Below, piece by piece: positions 43,801-54,755 of a stretch of 64,000 nucleotides of DNA. A model generated the notes under the pieces. The model made no database searches. It was not told the origin of the DNA and worked only from the letters and a program-made list of their open reading frames with translations. The stretch's first letter is position 1. Every line of letters starts with the position of its first letter. The stretch is from the NCBI GenBank assembly GCA_002633005.1, contig NMRA01000108.1:163911-227910 (forward strand), given 5' to 3'. This DNA is from Phoronis australis (Eukaryota; Animalia; Phoronida). Both the position numbers and the translations under genes were made by a program.

Positions 43801-46333
43801 TAGAGGACCTACTCAGCAACAACAGTGCTAGGAGTAGCGAAAGTGGTTAGAAAAAATCGTTCACATAATTCCGATATATTACTGTTATTTCTGTTTAGCA
43901 TTAAGGCTGCTTAGTATAACTGCATTGCCTTGTACTGCTTCTCTCTTTTATTTGTGATTTACGAGGAAACCTTCATGTTACCAGCCTTTAAGTAGTAGTA
44001 AATGAACTCACATTTGTCATTTTTATAGATTTTGTGCTATTTCTAATTGTGAATTTGAGGTCAGTCGTCAGATTATTATCATTTGCATCCCATATTTGGT
44101 TGAATGGAGTGGATAAGATTTCCATGTATTATTTAAAACATAAACAGTGTGTTGTTCTGCATTACCAGTAAAGCATGTTGACCATTGACTCCTATACACA
44201 TTATTCATGCTGTCACCATTTTAAAACGGAGCCTCCTTTTAGGATTTAAAAACAATGCATTCTGTGCTTAATCACAGCGCAAAGCATGATTTTTTGCATG
44301 CTTCATTACATTTGTCTCTGATACATTTTTGAAACCTACATGTAAAAAGAGGCTCACTTCTAAAATGGTGACAGTTGAAATGAGGTGCATACATGCATAT
44401 TATGTTTAGTTCCAGTGTCAAGGTCACATACCAGCTCAGTCAGTCACTACACTGAAGATGGCGCTAGAGGTTGGTGAATTTCCATTTCTGTGCCTTATTT
44501 GAGTTTCAGTCTGTAAAACTTGAAAACTACATGACTGTCCATATAACAGGAAACATTTGGCTTAAGACTGGTGTACCCAATACGATTTTTTGCCTTAATT
44601 TTTTTAATGTAACAAGTCGTCATTTTCACTCAGTGAGCAGTCATGATATAGTGTTTGGTATAACCGATACTTAGCATTTATCGAAATACAACAATGTTCT
44701 TGTTTTTGTTTGTTTGTTCAGGAGCATCGCATCGTGTCAGCTCTGACGCTCAGTTACTGTGTAAGAGACTAGAGGACAAGCTGGAGTCACTATCGAGAAT
44801 GGGAGGCAACTTGCAGAAGGAAAATAAAGGTACAGGCACCAGAGGACTTTACAAGTCAAATGAATCCTGCTTGCAGGAATTCCTGTCATTACAATCATAC
44901 TGTATATATTATTTTATTATACAATGGGCCTGTATTTCAGAATGTCGTTATGATTGAATACAGGATCCTATACGGTCGTTACCTTTTTATATAGCCATAT
45001 ACATGATTGTATAGCTTTGTGGCTACTTATTTCTGTCATTTCTATCTGGGCCTTCTCATCTGCTGCTGTTTCTTCCAATCCCCTTTCAGGATCTTCATGA
45101 AAGTTGGCAGACATTTATTTATGGAGCTGATGACAGACGATACTGACATTTGGACAGATGTGGCCACCGCTGTGCCCCCTGGTGGCAATTTTATTTTTTT
45201 TACATATGCCTGTTCCCACAGTGTTTTTTTTTCAATTGATGGAATTATGCAGTTTGGCGAAAATAGGTTTCTACTGAGATGATGACAGTTTCCCAATGTT
45301 GAACGCTTTTGATGATTTCTACACTTCCTGTTGGCATATGTGCTCATACTGTTGAGAGCGTGAATGACAATAATTTTCAGACAAATTCGACTACTGTGGC
45401 TTTTTTACTGTGGATCAATATCTAGTGAGTTTCTTGGTGGATCTTCATCAAATTTGGAATGTGTTTCTGTTAAGGAACATAGTTAACATTGGTCTTGGAA
45501 CAAATCCAACTTCCGTGTGGTCCTCTAGTGGAAATTTGCTTTGTGTAGGTCTTGATACCTACTAAGATCCTCAATGGAAGTTCGTGAAATTTGGCACATG
45601 GAGATGGCAGCGCCTGCATCTTTTCAGACAAATTTGCTCTTCATTACTGGCTCATTTGCATTTTTTAGTGTCTGTGTGTAGTGTTGTTGGCTGCCTCCCA
45701 AACTTCCTGAAGAATCGTGACGGAAGTTAGAAGTGTTTCTATTGACAAGGTCATAGATGACTTGCTATGCGCCCCCTAGAGGCTGTTTGCTAGTATTACT
45801 TCTCTAATGGGAATGTTAAAATCAATGCGATGCTAATGGTGGATGCATATCAATGACCTGTATTTTTCTGTATGGATTGTTTTGCCTCTAGAAATGTGTT
45901 CGCCATTTCAAACTTAACATCTTAACTGTTTTACTTTCTGTTATTTTCATGAAATGGTTTTTAGCTAACTGTTATTCTGTTAATATGACAGTACTTGTCC
46001 CGGATGATTGGCTGAAACACTGAAAGAAATGGAGTGTTGTCATAACCTCATGGCCTTACATTTGCCGGATGTGTGAAGGTTGCATTTTTTAAAATATTCC
46101 CAAATTTTACATCAGTTTTCCCCACAAATCCCACAATTTCTGTTAACCTTGACCTCAAGCATCATCATCTCATCCCTTGTCAACGGCATTGTCACACTGA
46201 AACCTCTATCTTTGTTTTAGAAATGGCTGATCTCATCAAAGAGCAAGGTTCGCGACTACGTAAGGTTCGAGAGTCTGGTAGGCACAGCCACAGACAACAT
46301 CGACAGCGTTCGTCATCTGCAAAGAGATCATAG
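13881..46333 (+). CDS. CCDC158: Coiled-coil domain-containing protein 158-like (~1230 aa, 24 coding exons)
   Basis: Phase-consistent GT-AG exons: 13881-14094, 16934-16977, 19383-19471, 20306-20491, 22738-22807, 23606-23715, 25754-25844, 26496-26732, 30379-30455, 33001-33111, 33689-33803, 34099-34218, 34496-35492, 36006-36071, 37760-37872, 38624-38782, 40588-40680, 41451-41576, 42875-43029, 43244-43341, 43687-43845, 44416-44469 (less certain), 44722-44829, 46221-46333. Peptides HLERALQQSQETVQDLRRRIVQANEECENHQ, AMKVADKMQKDLTSKRAEVDSLQTKVSWLEE, QLKLKHQLELKE and LCKRLEDKLESLSRMGGNLQKENKEMADLIKEQGSRLRKV match recalled vertebrate CCDC158 segments in order. Confidence 0.85.
14690..15250. repeat. Old interspersed repeat related to 28700-29100
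   Basis: Shared collinear blocks such as AAAATGTT..GATGAAATCTCAA, GCAACTT, TTGGAGAA..GTGCT and AAATTTGGA. Confidence 0.5.
16502..16547. repeat. (GTTT)n microsatellite
   Basis: About 11 tetramer units are directly visible. Confidence 0.9.
17369..17602. mobile_element. Short non-autonomous DNA element (CAG...CTG ends, hAT-like MITE)
   Basis: Ends CAGTGGCGGAT...GGATCCATCTCTG with a poly-C core. AACTCAAAATCCTGGATCCA recurs inverted at 63149-63168. Confidence 0.55.
20650..21209. mobile_element. PIF/Harbinger-like MITE
   Basis: TAA|GGGCTGTTC...GAACAGCCC|TAA: short TIR with a TAA target-site duplication. Confidence 0.65.
22842..23075. repeat. Intronic hairpin with ~110 bp inverted arms and a ~11 nt loop
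   Basis: ...TCTACTCTCAACTGAGCATAGATAAAGTAA / TTACTTTATCTATGTTCAGTTGAGAGTAGA..., extending outward to TGATTAAATGCATG / CATGCATTTAATCA. Confidence 0.88.
23061..23121. repeat. 20-bp tandem repeat, 3 copies
   Basis: AATCAGTTCAGGTATTGTAA x3, perfect. Confidence 0.95.
24208..25424. mobile_element. Kolobok-type DNA transposon (TTAA TSD, ~160 bp TIRs, convergent KolX-like and THAP ORF starts; interior in N gap)
   Basis: TTAA(24204-24207)|AGGCGAAGGCAACCTTTTTCCATGTCATTTTGAGC ... GCTCAAAATGACATGGAAAAAGGTTGCCTTTGCCT|TTAA(25425-25428). TIRs at 24208-24365 and 25262-25424 are nearly identical. The plus ORF from ATG 24542 reads MAGVGDPY...GGYMFEPE. The minus strand from ATG 25154 encodes a frameshifted THAP domain (MPHCCCV/GCSN..LHRFP..RRTWL..RVCGKHFLPSDY). 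Gap at 24670-24906. Confidence 0.85.
24907..25154 (-). pseudogene. THAP-domain N-terminus of a transposase, frameshifted
   Basis: C2CH THAP signature (C..GC...FP...W...C-x2-HF), with a frame change a few codons after the ATG. Confidence 0.75.
25870..26050. repeat. Degenerate ~65 bp tandem repeat, about 3 copies
   Basis: Recurring TGAC..GA..CAT..AT(A/C)..CT(C)GGCCTAT..A.TGAGA.TCA.GTCA.GGTT.GGGA. Confidence 0.6.
26737..26813. repeat. (CA)n microsatellite
   Basis: Interrupted CA runs just after the donor at 26733. Confidence 0.93.
28453..28634. repeat. 15-bp minisatellite (GGTTCAAGGTTAGGT)x12
   Basis: Twelve near-perfect units; these explain the spurious WFKVR/LNHLT ORFs. Confidence 0.97.
30458..30708. 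repeat. Recent ~124 bp tandem duplication at the start of an intron
   Basis: AAAATGCTTGTAAATATACTG...AGAATATGAAAAAAGAATACA occurs twice (30458-30580 and 30582-30708), nearly identical. Confidence 0.93.
31105..31176 (+). tRNA. trnC: tRNA-Cys (GCA), copy 1
   Basis: GGGGATATAGCTCAGTGGTAGAGCATTCGACTGCAGATCGAGAGGTCCCTGGTTCAAATCCGGGTGTCCCCT forms a full cloverleaf with loop CTGCAGA and U discriminator, followed by a T7 terminator. Confidence 0.97.
31577..31648 (+). tRNA. trnC: tRNA-Cys (GCA), copy 2
   Basis: Identical 72-nt sequence to copy 1, followed by GTTTGTTTT. Confidence 0.97.
36206..36631. mobile_element. PIF/Harbinger-like MITE with internal GTGTAAAC/TGACAC repeats
   Basis: Ends GTGCTGTTTACAC / GTCTAAACAGGAC (11/13 inverted match), flanked by TAA and TAT. 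Internal GTGTAAACGG copies at ~36271 and ~36554. Confidence 0.6.
38130..38380. mobile_element. Degenerate MITE with TTAAG-rich internal repeats
   Basis: GGGGCCTATTCC...AAGGGACCC ends, with repeated TAAGATTTGTCT / TTAAGACAAA motifs in both orientations. Confidence 0.45.
39983..40100. repeat. Short tandem repeat, about 3 copies
   Basis: TTGCCTGT(G/A)GTA.A..A.TGCAATCAT(G/T)TTT recurs three times. Confidence 0.75.
40959..41031 (+). pseudogene. Degenerate tRNA pseudogene or tRNA-derived SINE head
   Basis: TAGTTCAGTGGT (A box) and GGTTCGATT (B box) at tRNA spacing, with broken stems. Confidence 0.5.
44210..44374. mobile_element. Small MITE-like inverted repeat
   Basis: CTGTCACCATTTTAAAACGGAGCCTCCTTTT vs AAAAAGAGGCTCACTTCTAAAATGGTGACAG. 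Confidence 0.65.
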
Positions 46334-47379
46334 TCATGGTTACATACTTCACAGGGTTTAGTGTGCAAATACTCATTTGTCTATGGAGCAATGCTTTAAC
46401 TTGAAAACGTCTTCCAGAACAAGAAATTTTATTTCACTGCCATCCAATTTGAATTGATTCCGTAGAAAATTGAATCTAGAACTGTACATCAGCTGGTGTT
46501 TACAATGAGGTTACACTCACTCTGTATTGGAATTTTAAGTCTCTTAGAAGTGGTCCATTTATTGGTGACCTATGTCTTCTTTACTGCCAGTTGATGTCCA
46601 GTGTTAGATTTCGTCAGCAGTTGTTTTAACATTCAGCCTTTAGTAACTGTGATGTACGCTTATGTTTTACTACATTTTACTTTGATATTATAGTGGAATT
46701 AGTTTGTTACTTATCATAGATTACGGTCAATGACAATGTTATTGTTAAAAATCTGTTTTACACGGTCTATTTATTTCAACTCAATGTTGTCTGATTGATA
46801 TTGTCTTTTTTTCTACGATGATTTTTTTGTAAATTTATTTTACTGTGTCCTTAACGAGAGCATTCCTAAGTTAAATGTAAATGTAAATAATCATTCACCT
46901 CGTGTTTATTGTTTTAGTAATACTTTACTAGGGATACCTGAATACATGCTGCTGAAGCCTGTTAGTGTTGCACATAGTATTGACATTTTTGTAAGCCAAT
47001 TCATCCACTATAGCACAATAAATTTTGTCATAAAATTGCTAAGTTTTATTCGTTCTGTTTATCACACTTCTCTGCACTCTGGGACATCGTTCCTTATTTC
47101 GACATGCACTTCAGAGCATGTCAACCAGCCAACAAAGTTCGGATCTGCTAGAATATCTCAATTTTTCTGTTTAATATTGTCCATCTTGTCCTACTCTCTG
47201 TCACAGCCATTTCTAGAGGAGGGTGGGACTGTGGGAGGATCTTTAGTATGAGCACACCCCCAAGAAACTGCTTTCTCGTTATATCCAGGTTTTCATTCAC
47301 TCCCTTGCATACTTTCCCTATTAAAACCGAGTTTAGAGGAGTAGGAGACACTTTCGTGCAATGCTCGATTGTCCAACAG

Positions 47380-47454
47380 GCGTGAAAACCAGGATTCAGA
47401 CCTGGCCTCCCCAACTTGAATCTGGAAATCAGACTACTGAGCCACACTGTCGCC
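47380..47454 (-). pseudogene. Degenerate tRNA-derived sequence (SINE head?)
   Basis: Minus strand reads GGCGACAGTGTGGCTCAGTAGT...GGCCAGGTCTGAATCCTGG: A-box-like motif and a T-arm-like hairpin. Confidence 0.4.
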
Positions 47455-49371
47455 TGTGAAAGGATGATGATGTTGGACATACCGAAGTATGTGTGTTGGC
47501 TTGGTTGAGTATGCTTTTGTTTGGACGTATGTCGTGAACTTGGAATTTTGGAATGAGCTGGAAAAGTATTACAGTGAATATTTTTTGTTTCATTTCACAC
47601 AGTGTTATCTGCATTGTGTCGCGTAACGTGAGCTTGCAGGGAATGCGTCGATTTAGTATGTTCTTGTTGCAATTGCCGCAAGCCATAAGGGCATTTCTCA
47701 GTGGAAGCAATGAGTTCGTTATAGTTCATTGGTGGAAGGAGACGTCATTTATGCATTTTTTACATGTTTTTCCTCGTGTGATCAGGTATCACATTCCAGG
47801 TCCCGGCATCTCTCGACTCGCGGCCATTTTGTCTGCACCTGAGAAGTCCTCGTGGGCTGGTTTATACTTTACGTTTAATGTTGTAGACGAACGAATAAAG
47901 ACGTCCACTGAACCCATTTTACTTTTACTCGAGCGCGATATCATCCAACTGAAGGAGACGCTTAAGAGACCACTGTGTGTGGGTTGTACTGTTTCGTCAT
48001 AATTGTGTCAGAAGTGTCCGATGTCCAGCCTCAACGTTTCAAAGCTTTATTCCTCCCTGTTTAGCCAGCCAAAATCGAGAAACGAATTGGACCTTTTACT
48101 CTGACTCTTAGAACCGTTGTTGTAATATTCCTTACCGTGATAGGGCTTCTTTTTCCTTTACCATCTAAATTTCTAAAGTCACAGGCAATGCGCACCATGC
48201 GCCATCTTTTGATTTCCAGGAAAAGCTAACGCCGCCAATAATCTCTTAAGGTGCTTAAAACTGCCATTTCCCTTGTTTTGACAAGTGACGTTAAACATTC
48301 TTTTATAGCCTTGCATGTCACAACACTAAGTCCCAAAAACAAGAAAATAGAAGAAAAGCGGCGACTTTAATTGAAAATTTCGTAGCTCCACAGACATGGG
48401 TGTGGCGTAGGTGTGACGTGCCTGAAAAATGCGGTTTGGCTATCGTACGCAGAGGTGGTTCATAGGCAAGAACAAGAGATGAGTCTCGACTACTTGACGA
48501 CTGCAAACGTTACATGACGATGACAGCTTACAATGCAGAAAAACAACTGCTATTGCTACTAATAGTCCTCATAAAACTACTACATAAAAACAAGTGAAAG
48601 TGATATACAGTGTATATAGAGACTAGAGAAAGACGAATTAATCAATCAAATAAGATGAACAAATAAAGGATGCAGTATTCTGACAAACAAACAGATCTAG
48701 GAATGGGAAGTATTACTCATCCTCTACTCTAAGACAGTGTTGATCAACAACAGCAGAAAGTTATGTAATATGTTGACTAAACTAAATGATGCAAAAACAC
48801 AACAACACATTCTGTGACAGTAGGAACTTAATCAGCGCCAGCAAGTGTGTCACGACCACCAACACGTGATTATCTTGTACCCCAGAGTATTTTGTCATTG
48901 CTGCGCATATACAAAGTCCCGCGGGAAAGTGAAATGAGCTACAAAATACTGAGGCACTTTCAAACTTCCCTGGTGATATGCTTGTAATTCTAAAGTACAC
49001 ACATTTGCATGACTAGAGACTTATCAATGGAGAATAAAACTGTTTATTTTAATTTAATTGTTATATTTTCCAAAGTGGTTTTGTCAGCCTTTTTTCATCT
49101 GATCAATGTCATAACTACAGTACAAGACAAAAGTAACAGATAAAATACCGTTTGGCGGTCATGACAACTAATTTTTGTAACTGCAAAAATACGGGTAATA
49201 ATAATTTGGGCGGCAAAATTCTATGTAATTACAAAATGGCTTAACCGCCTTTCTAACTTTTTGTGTGGATTCCGCTTCATCCTCGGTCATCAGGGAAAAC
49301 TGCTCTGATGCTGATTTCGGCTTCCATCCAGCCGTCATGACGGGGAATGCCGAGTCATTTTGTCCGACTAC

Positions 49372-49464
49372 TTTCGGTTAGTACTGTATCATCATCTGAC
49401 GACAAACTGATATAGCGTTTTCGGTTAGTACTGTATCATCATCAGATGACAAACTTATATAGCG
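49372..49464. repeat. 47-bp tandem duplication upstream of the GPCR start
   Basis: TTTCGGTTAGTACTGTATCATCATC(T/A)GA(C/T)GACAAACT(G/T)ATATAGCG x2. Confidence 0.92.
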
Positions 49465-49622
49465 CTTCATCCATTCAATTTAAATAACGAACTTCTTACG
49501 CAACCACCTGCTAACTGCCTTTGTCTCGTTGTGCTTTAATAATTAAAGTAAAAAATGGGGATGTATAAGAATCGTGCACATTGGAACGTTTGCAATCATT
49601 CGTGTGTGCCGTCAGCTAAAGC

Positions 49623-52600
49623 ATGTTCTGTACTCGGATGCTGAATTTTTCTCAGCTAGTGATTGTCTTCGCACATCTGCCAGCCGTGTTAAGCAGTTAC
49701 AATCACAATATTTCAAAGTTGGTTACCAGTCTATGCGGCACTACTGACAATGCACTGAATTGTCAGTGCACACAGCATTGTATCAATTTAGGCAACTGTT
49801 GTAACCATTGCCCTGTGTTAGAGAATATTTCTGACATTGACTTGGACATCACTTCAAGGTGCCATAGTCCCAGTTGGATCAGCAAGAAATATCCACCGGA
49901 TGCAGAAGTTTTGAAGATATGCAACGGGGTGCCGTGTGAAGTCGCCTACCGTATGATCACTAAGTGTCCGAAAGGGTTCAGTTCGTCATTCACGCGCCAG
50001 CAATGCGAAAAGGAGCCTAAGACGCTCGTGGAACATCTGCCAGTTAGCTCATCTGACAACACGGTGACGTACAAAAATAAATTTTGTTCGTTTTGCCACA
50101 ACGAAAGGAATGTAACTCCGTGGACAATTGCCCTGTACTGGCGCAGTGAACCTGAGAATTCCCAACTGCGGCAGACCATCCAGCTACTCAGCGATCGAGG
50201 TGATGAGCACATGGACTTCTTTGTCAACGTTACTCTCTTCAGATTTTTTCCTCAGAATGACAGCTTTGTTTCCAAAACTCTATGCTCGGATTTCGAAATA
50301 CGGGAGTGCAGCACCATCACCGAACCTTTTGTTGAAAGAGCTTGCAAGTCTTATGTACGACCCGTAGCAATCAAGAAGTTCAGTGTTCACCATTTCTTCA
50401 GAAACCCCCATTGCGCCCTATGTAACGGCGAGAATCTCGACAAAGCAAAGTGCCTGAACAGTCCCATACAGTCCATTGAGCGGCCACGTGGAGTTATGAC
50501 TTCATTTGCCGCAATTGTAAATTTTCGCTCTGCGCTCAGAGCAGGTACGACGCAATGTCCTTGCGGTCGGTTCTTCAATCCATTTCAAGTAAGTCGATAT
50601 CATAATTGCGAAATTTGTCAACGACTTGTCGGCCGACTTCGTGTCTGGCAAGAAAGTCTGCTCTTGGGCATTTTTGTCAATCTAATCTTGCCTCTTGACT
50701 GTTCAGCGGTTTTTGTCTATCGTTTCTTTATCCTAAGATACAAATCACGCTTTACCTGGAAATTTACCACTATCAATTGATTAAACATTCCTCTCTGTCC
50801 CAAACATGTTAAAATGTTTTACGTAAAAATTGAACCTGAGTGATCTAAATCCAAAGTCTGTACTTGAATTTTTTAAATGTAGTTACTGGGCGCAAATCAG
50901 CTTTAAAGGGACCATACTAAATGCCATTTATCAGTGACAATGAAGCATGAATAGAATGTGCAAAGTTGAACAATTCATGAATTTATCTAAGATATTACTT
51001 CCGCAGTTGTTTCGATATTTTTCACAGAAATCTTCGGTTTCATGCCGTCTCTATAAATCAATGTTTCTGTCGTCTGCAAATTAACTTTTCATTTAGAACG
51101 CTTACCAGTATAAAAGTATTCTCAACTTGTTTCTTGTTCAGGTGAGAAATGATTATGCTCGAGACCATGCCAGGGTGAATAAAAGGGCATGTCGGGAGTA
51201 CAATCATCTACGCACCAGTCACGTTCCGTTGACGTCACAAGCTAAGATTTGCGCATTGCCTGTTGAGTAGTGTTAGGTAAAAGATTGAACAAAATCCAAT
51301 GGAATTAGACGAACTGATACATCGTTTTTTTGGTAAATGCCATTGTAGTCGTGAGTCATTACTAAAGCCACTATTCTCCCCAGCATCGGTTGACCAACGA
51401 AGCCGAGATCCGCGTTTTCATTTCACCTTCCTTCTCCAAATTCTTGATTCTACGAAATTCTACCAAGATTTAACTGTAATCTTCATTATCTATTTCGTAC
51501 TGGCTGTACTTCGGTACCACGTTTTCCGTTATGCAAAACTGGCCAAATACCCGACACTTGATGTTAACAATCTTAATTCCATTCCGTTCGTATCCTCGAA
51601 ACAAAGTCTGACACTCAACACAACTTACCAAAAGACATTATTTAAAGACACACGGTATTCGAAACACACTTGTTTCATTCTTGAGTAGAAATAAAATGAC
51701 GCAATGCACCACCACAGAGCAATTAAAGCTAGTGACATACCCAGTGGGACATGGCAAGTGTAAAATACTGAAAAGAATGACACTAAATGGAGGGAGCCTA
51801 ACACGAAAGCCACGAAAACAAGTATATCGGCTTTTTTGCTGCTCATTCAAAACAGGGTTCTCGAATGCCATCAAAAGGGACACCCCATTGTCAAAAGCCA
51901 TGAATTTTAATTTGCTTCTCCAACATTTTGTGACTTCGCAGGTTTTCTCAGATAAAGCCTTTTAAAAGACACGCGATATTTCGAATCATACTTGTTTCAT
52001 TCTCAAGTAGAAGTAAAATGACGCAGTAATACCACCACCAAGCAAAAGCTAGAAATATACACAATGAGACACGACGGGTGTGAAATACTGGAAAGATTGA
52101 CAAATGGAGGGGGTAACACAAAAGTCACGCAAACAAGTGTAGCGTGCGGCGCCACCCTGTGTGCTGCTCATTCAAAAGAGGCTTCTCGAATGCAATCAAA
52201 CGGAACTCCAATCACCTGTGAAGAAATTGTGGAAAACACGTCAATTCGATGCGTAGAGTTTGATAAACAGTATTAAGTAAAACCAACACCAATATTTTTT
52301 TGTCTTCCAGGACATCTGTCAACAATTCGTATGTCCCACTGGAATGTATGCTGACGGTAATTCGTGCCAAGACCCTCTTCGATTTGTTGCCGGCATTAAG
52401 AGACGGTTAGTATACACTTTCCTTTCTGAAACGCTACGCTCATCGAAGTATGACTCAACTGTTCTCCGTGTCCGCATTTCAACATTCTACAAACGTATCA
52501 AAAGGAGTGTTGCATTCATAAACAATGGAAGTTGGGAGTCACTTAATCGTGATTTTACTTCAACCTGTTGGTTTCCTTGGATAGCAAGGCTAGAAAAACA

Positions 52601-53813
52601 CTTCGCCGGTTTCATAGGTTACGTGTATGTATTGTGTTTGGCGACGAAGGTTGACACTGGTGTGTTACTGACTATGAAAACAAACGTGTCCACGTCCGGA
52701 GATGTAGCTGCGTTGTCTAAGTTTTTCGAAGTTCTTGGCGATCCCATACCAAACTACGCATATTTAGTGAACGTCACTGGAATAAAAAGGTCGGTAAATT
52801 GCCCGATGGTTAAATTGAACTACTATTTGAGAATTCCTACACACATTCAAACCAAGATTGTCAATGGTACAATGTACCTTTGCGTTGACGATTTTCTCAA
52901 ACTTAATATGTCTAAACTGAATGGCAGCAAAGACCTTCACCCTTCCTATCAAGGTATTATATCTTGCGCACTTACAGTGGTTTCGGGGTTTTCTTTAGTA
53001 ATATCAATTGTTACTTATGTGTTGTTTGAAGGCCTCAGAAAAAGCTATATCGGCAAAATTACAATGAACTTGATGTTCAGCCTTCTTTTGGCTCAGATGG
53101 CATTTCAGTTTGGTGCGCATGCCCACCCTGTTCACGTCCTCTGCAAAGTTGTTGCTGTGATGACTCACTTTGCGTGGTTGTCTTATTTTGTTTGGATTGT
53201 GATTTTTAATTTTCACCTCTTTCGCTCATTTTCAACCACATCAGCTCTGGTGTCTCGTTTCAACGAGCGTGCACAAGAGGCACGCTATGGCTATGGACAA
53301 CCAGTATCGCGGTTTTCATTTCTCCGCTTCACCGTCGGGTTTCTATTTCCAACTCCTGTGGTGACTATTGCATTGGTCTTTGAGTTCGTTGACAATCCTC
53401 CCCTGGTCGTAGGTTACGGCAACAAGATTTGCTGGATTTCCAGTCCTGACGCCATTTTCTACTTCTTTGCTGTTCCTGTAGCCTCGTGTGTAGTTATTGC
53501 GTCTGTTTTAGCAATCACTGGCCTCATATGCTTCTACCGCCTTCAGTTTGAGTTCAAGTCTGCTAGAAAAAACGAGTACTCGTTGATTCTCGTCTGCTGT
53601 CGTTTGATGGCTATCAGTGGTATCACGTGGGTGTTTGGTTACCTCAATTCTTGGTATCCGCATGAAGCCTTTGCTTATTTGTTTATTGTATTTAACTGCA
53701 CACAAGGATTTATTCTGTTTTTGTCATTCGTAGCCAAAAAACGTATTTTCGATCAATATTGTAGTCTTTTTCGCTGTTGCATAGCAACCACGTCTGTCGA
53801 GGCACAGCATTAG
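49623..53813 (+). CDS. Class B (adhesion/Methuselah-like, 7tm_2) GPCR with somatomedin-B-like and Cys-rich ectodomain; 2 exons, ~822 aa
   Basis: Exon 1 is 49623-50588 (donor CAA|GTAAGT) and exon 2 is 52311-53813 (acceptor TCTTCCAG|GAC, in frame with ORF 52344). Features: hydrophobic signal peptide, CQCTQHCINLGNCC (SMB-like), repeated YKNKFCSFCH / FRNPHCALCNG motifs, seven hydrophobic helices with CKVVAVMTHFAWLSYFVW, GYGNKICWI, GITWVFG and FNCTQGFILF. Confidence 0.92.
51636..52212. repeat. Diverged ~270 bp direct duplication in the GPCR intron
   Basis: ~51640-51900 vs ~51961-52212, sharing CTTGTTTCATTCT.AGTAGAA.TAAAATGACGCA, AAATACTG.AAAGA.TGACA and TGCTGCTCATTCAAAA. Confidence 0.85.
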
Positions 53814-54755
53814 CATTTATAGCAATACGTTTGCTCTGAAATTTAAAGACAGCGTAAAAAAGCCAAATGACTTTTGAAAATGTTAAATATATGTATCATT
53901 GTTCAACACAAACGTTTCATCTCTTCGTTTACTCCAGACATTAACAAATTTCGCCAATTACCATCAGGAACCCCCAAAAAAATTAGGTGGCGCTCGTACC
54001 AGTCGACGCAAATGACGTCATCGTTGTGACGCGAGACAGTACAGGGTCCTGCGTGAGGTGTGGGACAGGTTGGCAATGAGTGGAGATTCGTCGAACCCAC
54101 GGCGACATCCTGGCGGAATGCGTGTACCAGAGTACTAATCTGTTTATAGTTGCTCCGTGACAATAGTTGGATAGCGTAACATCTTACGAAGGGAAAGGCT
54201 CACGCGCAGCATGATAAAAAAGAATGGCCGGACACTTTTCGCACCTGGTTCAGAAAAGCATTATACCTTGCGATGGACGCACGTTACAGCGGAAGCAACG
54301 ACAACAGCGAATTTGAAGACACTGGAGACGGAAGAGTTTGGACAGAATAGATTTTCTTGACTTCCGTTGTAGTTGGGCGATTTTGATGATTCAAAAAGTA
54401 AACATGATCAGCATTTGACAAGAAAATCAGAAATGCTATTGGTTTATGTTCAAATATGATGTAACATAACTTTCATTTTTAACAGCACAGCCCAGTCAGG
54501 CTAGATACGATCTGATCGGAGATTAGAGCAATTATAGAACAAAAGAGAGCTGGCCCTCCAACCGCAAATTCCAAAATGAAGTTAATCAGTCGTGTAAGAA
54601 ATTGGCTACGGGGGTTATCTTCCCAACTTGTTGTTGGGCTATAAAAACGAACAAGTTGGGAGCAACGGGAAATTGCCGTCATGGGTGAGTAAAATGTATA
54701 GTCAATCAAGGAAATTGCTAATACGGTAGAATCCAAATTAAAATTTTCTTTACCA

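Noticed and set aside
47553-48002. 149 aa ORF between the CCDC158-like and GPCR genes
   Set aside because: No recognisable domain, splice context or coding-like composition.
50589-50780. C-terminal part of the 385 aa ORF as a separate single-pass membrane protein
   Set aside because: Intron read-through after a consensus donor; the exon splices in frame to the 7TM exon.
53920-54350. Stop-riddled frame ending EWPDTFRTWFRKALYLAMD, faintly like a TIR-domain C-terminus
   Set aside because: Resemblance is too weak and TIR boxes 1 and 2 are not recognisable; it would need a profile search.
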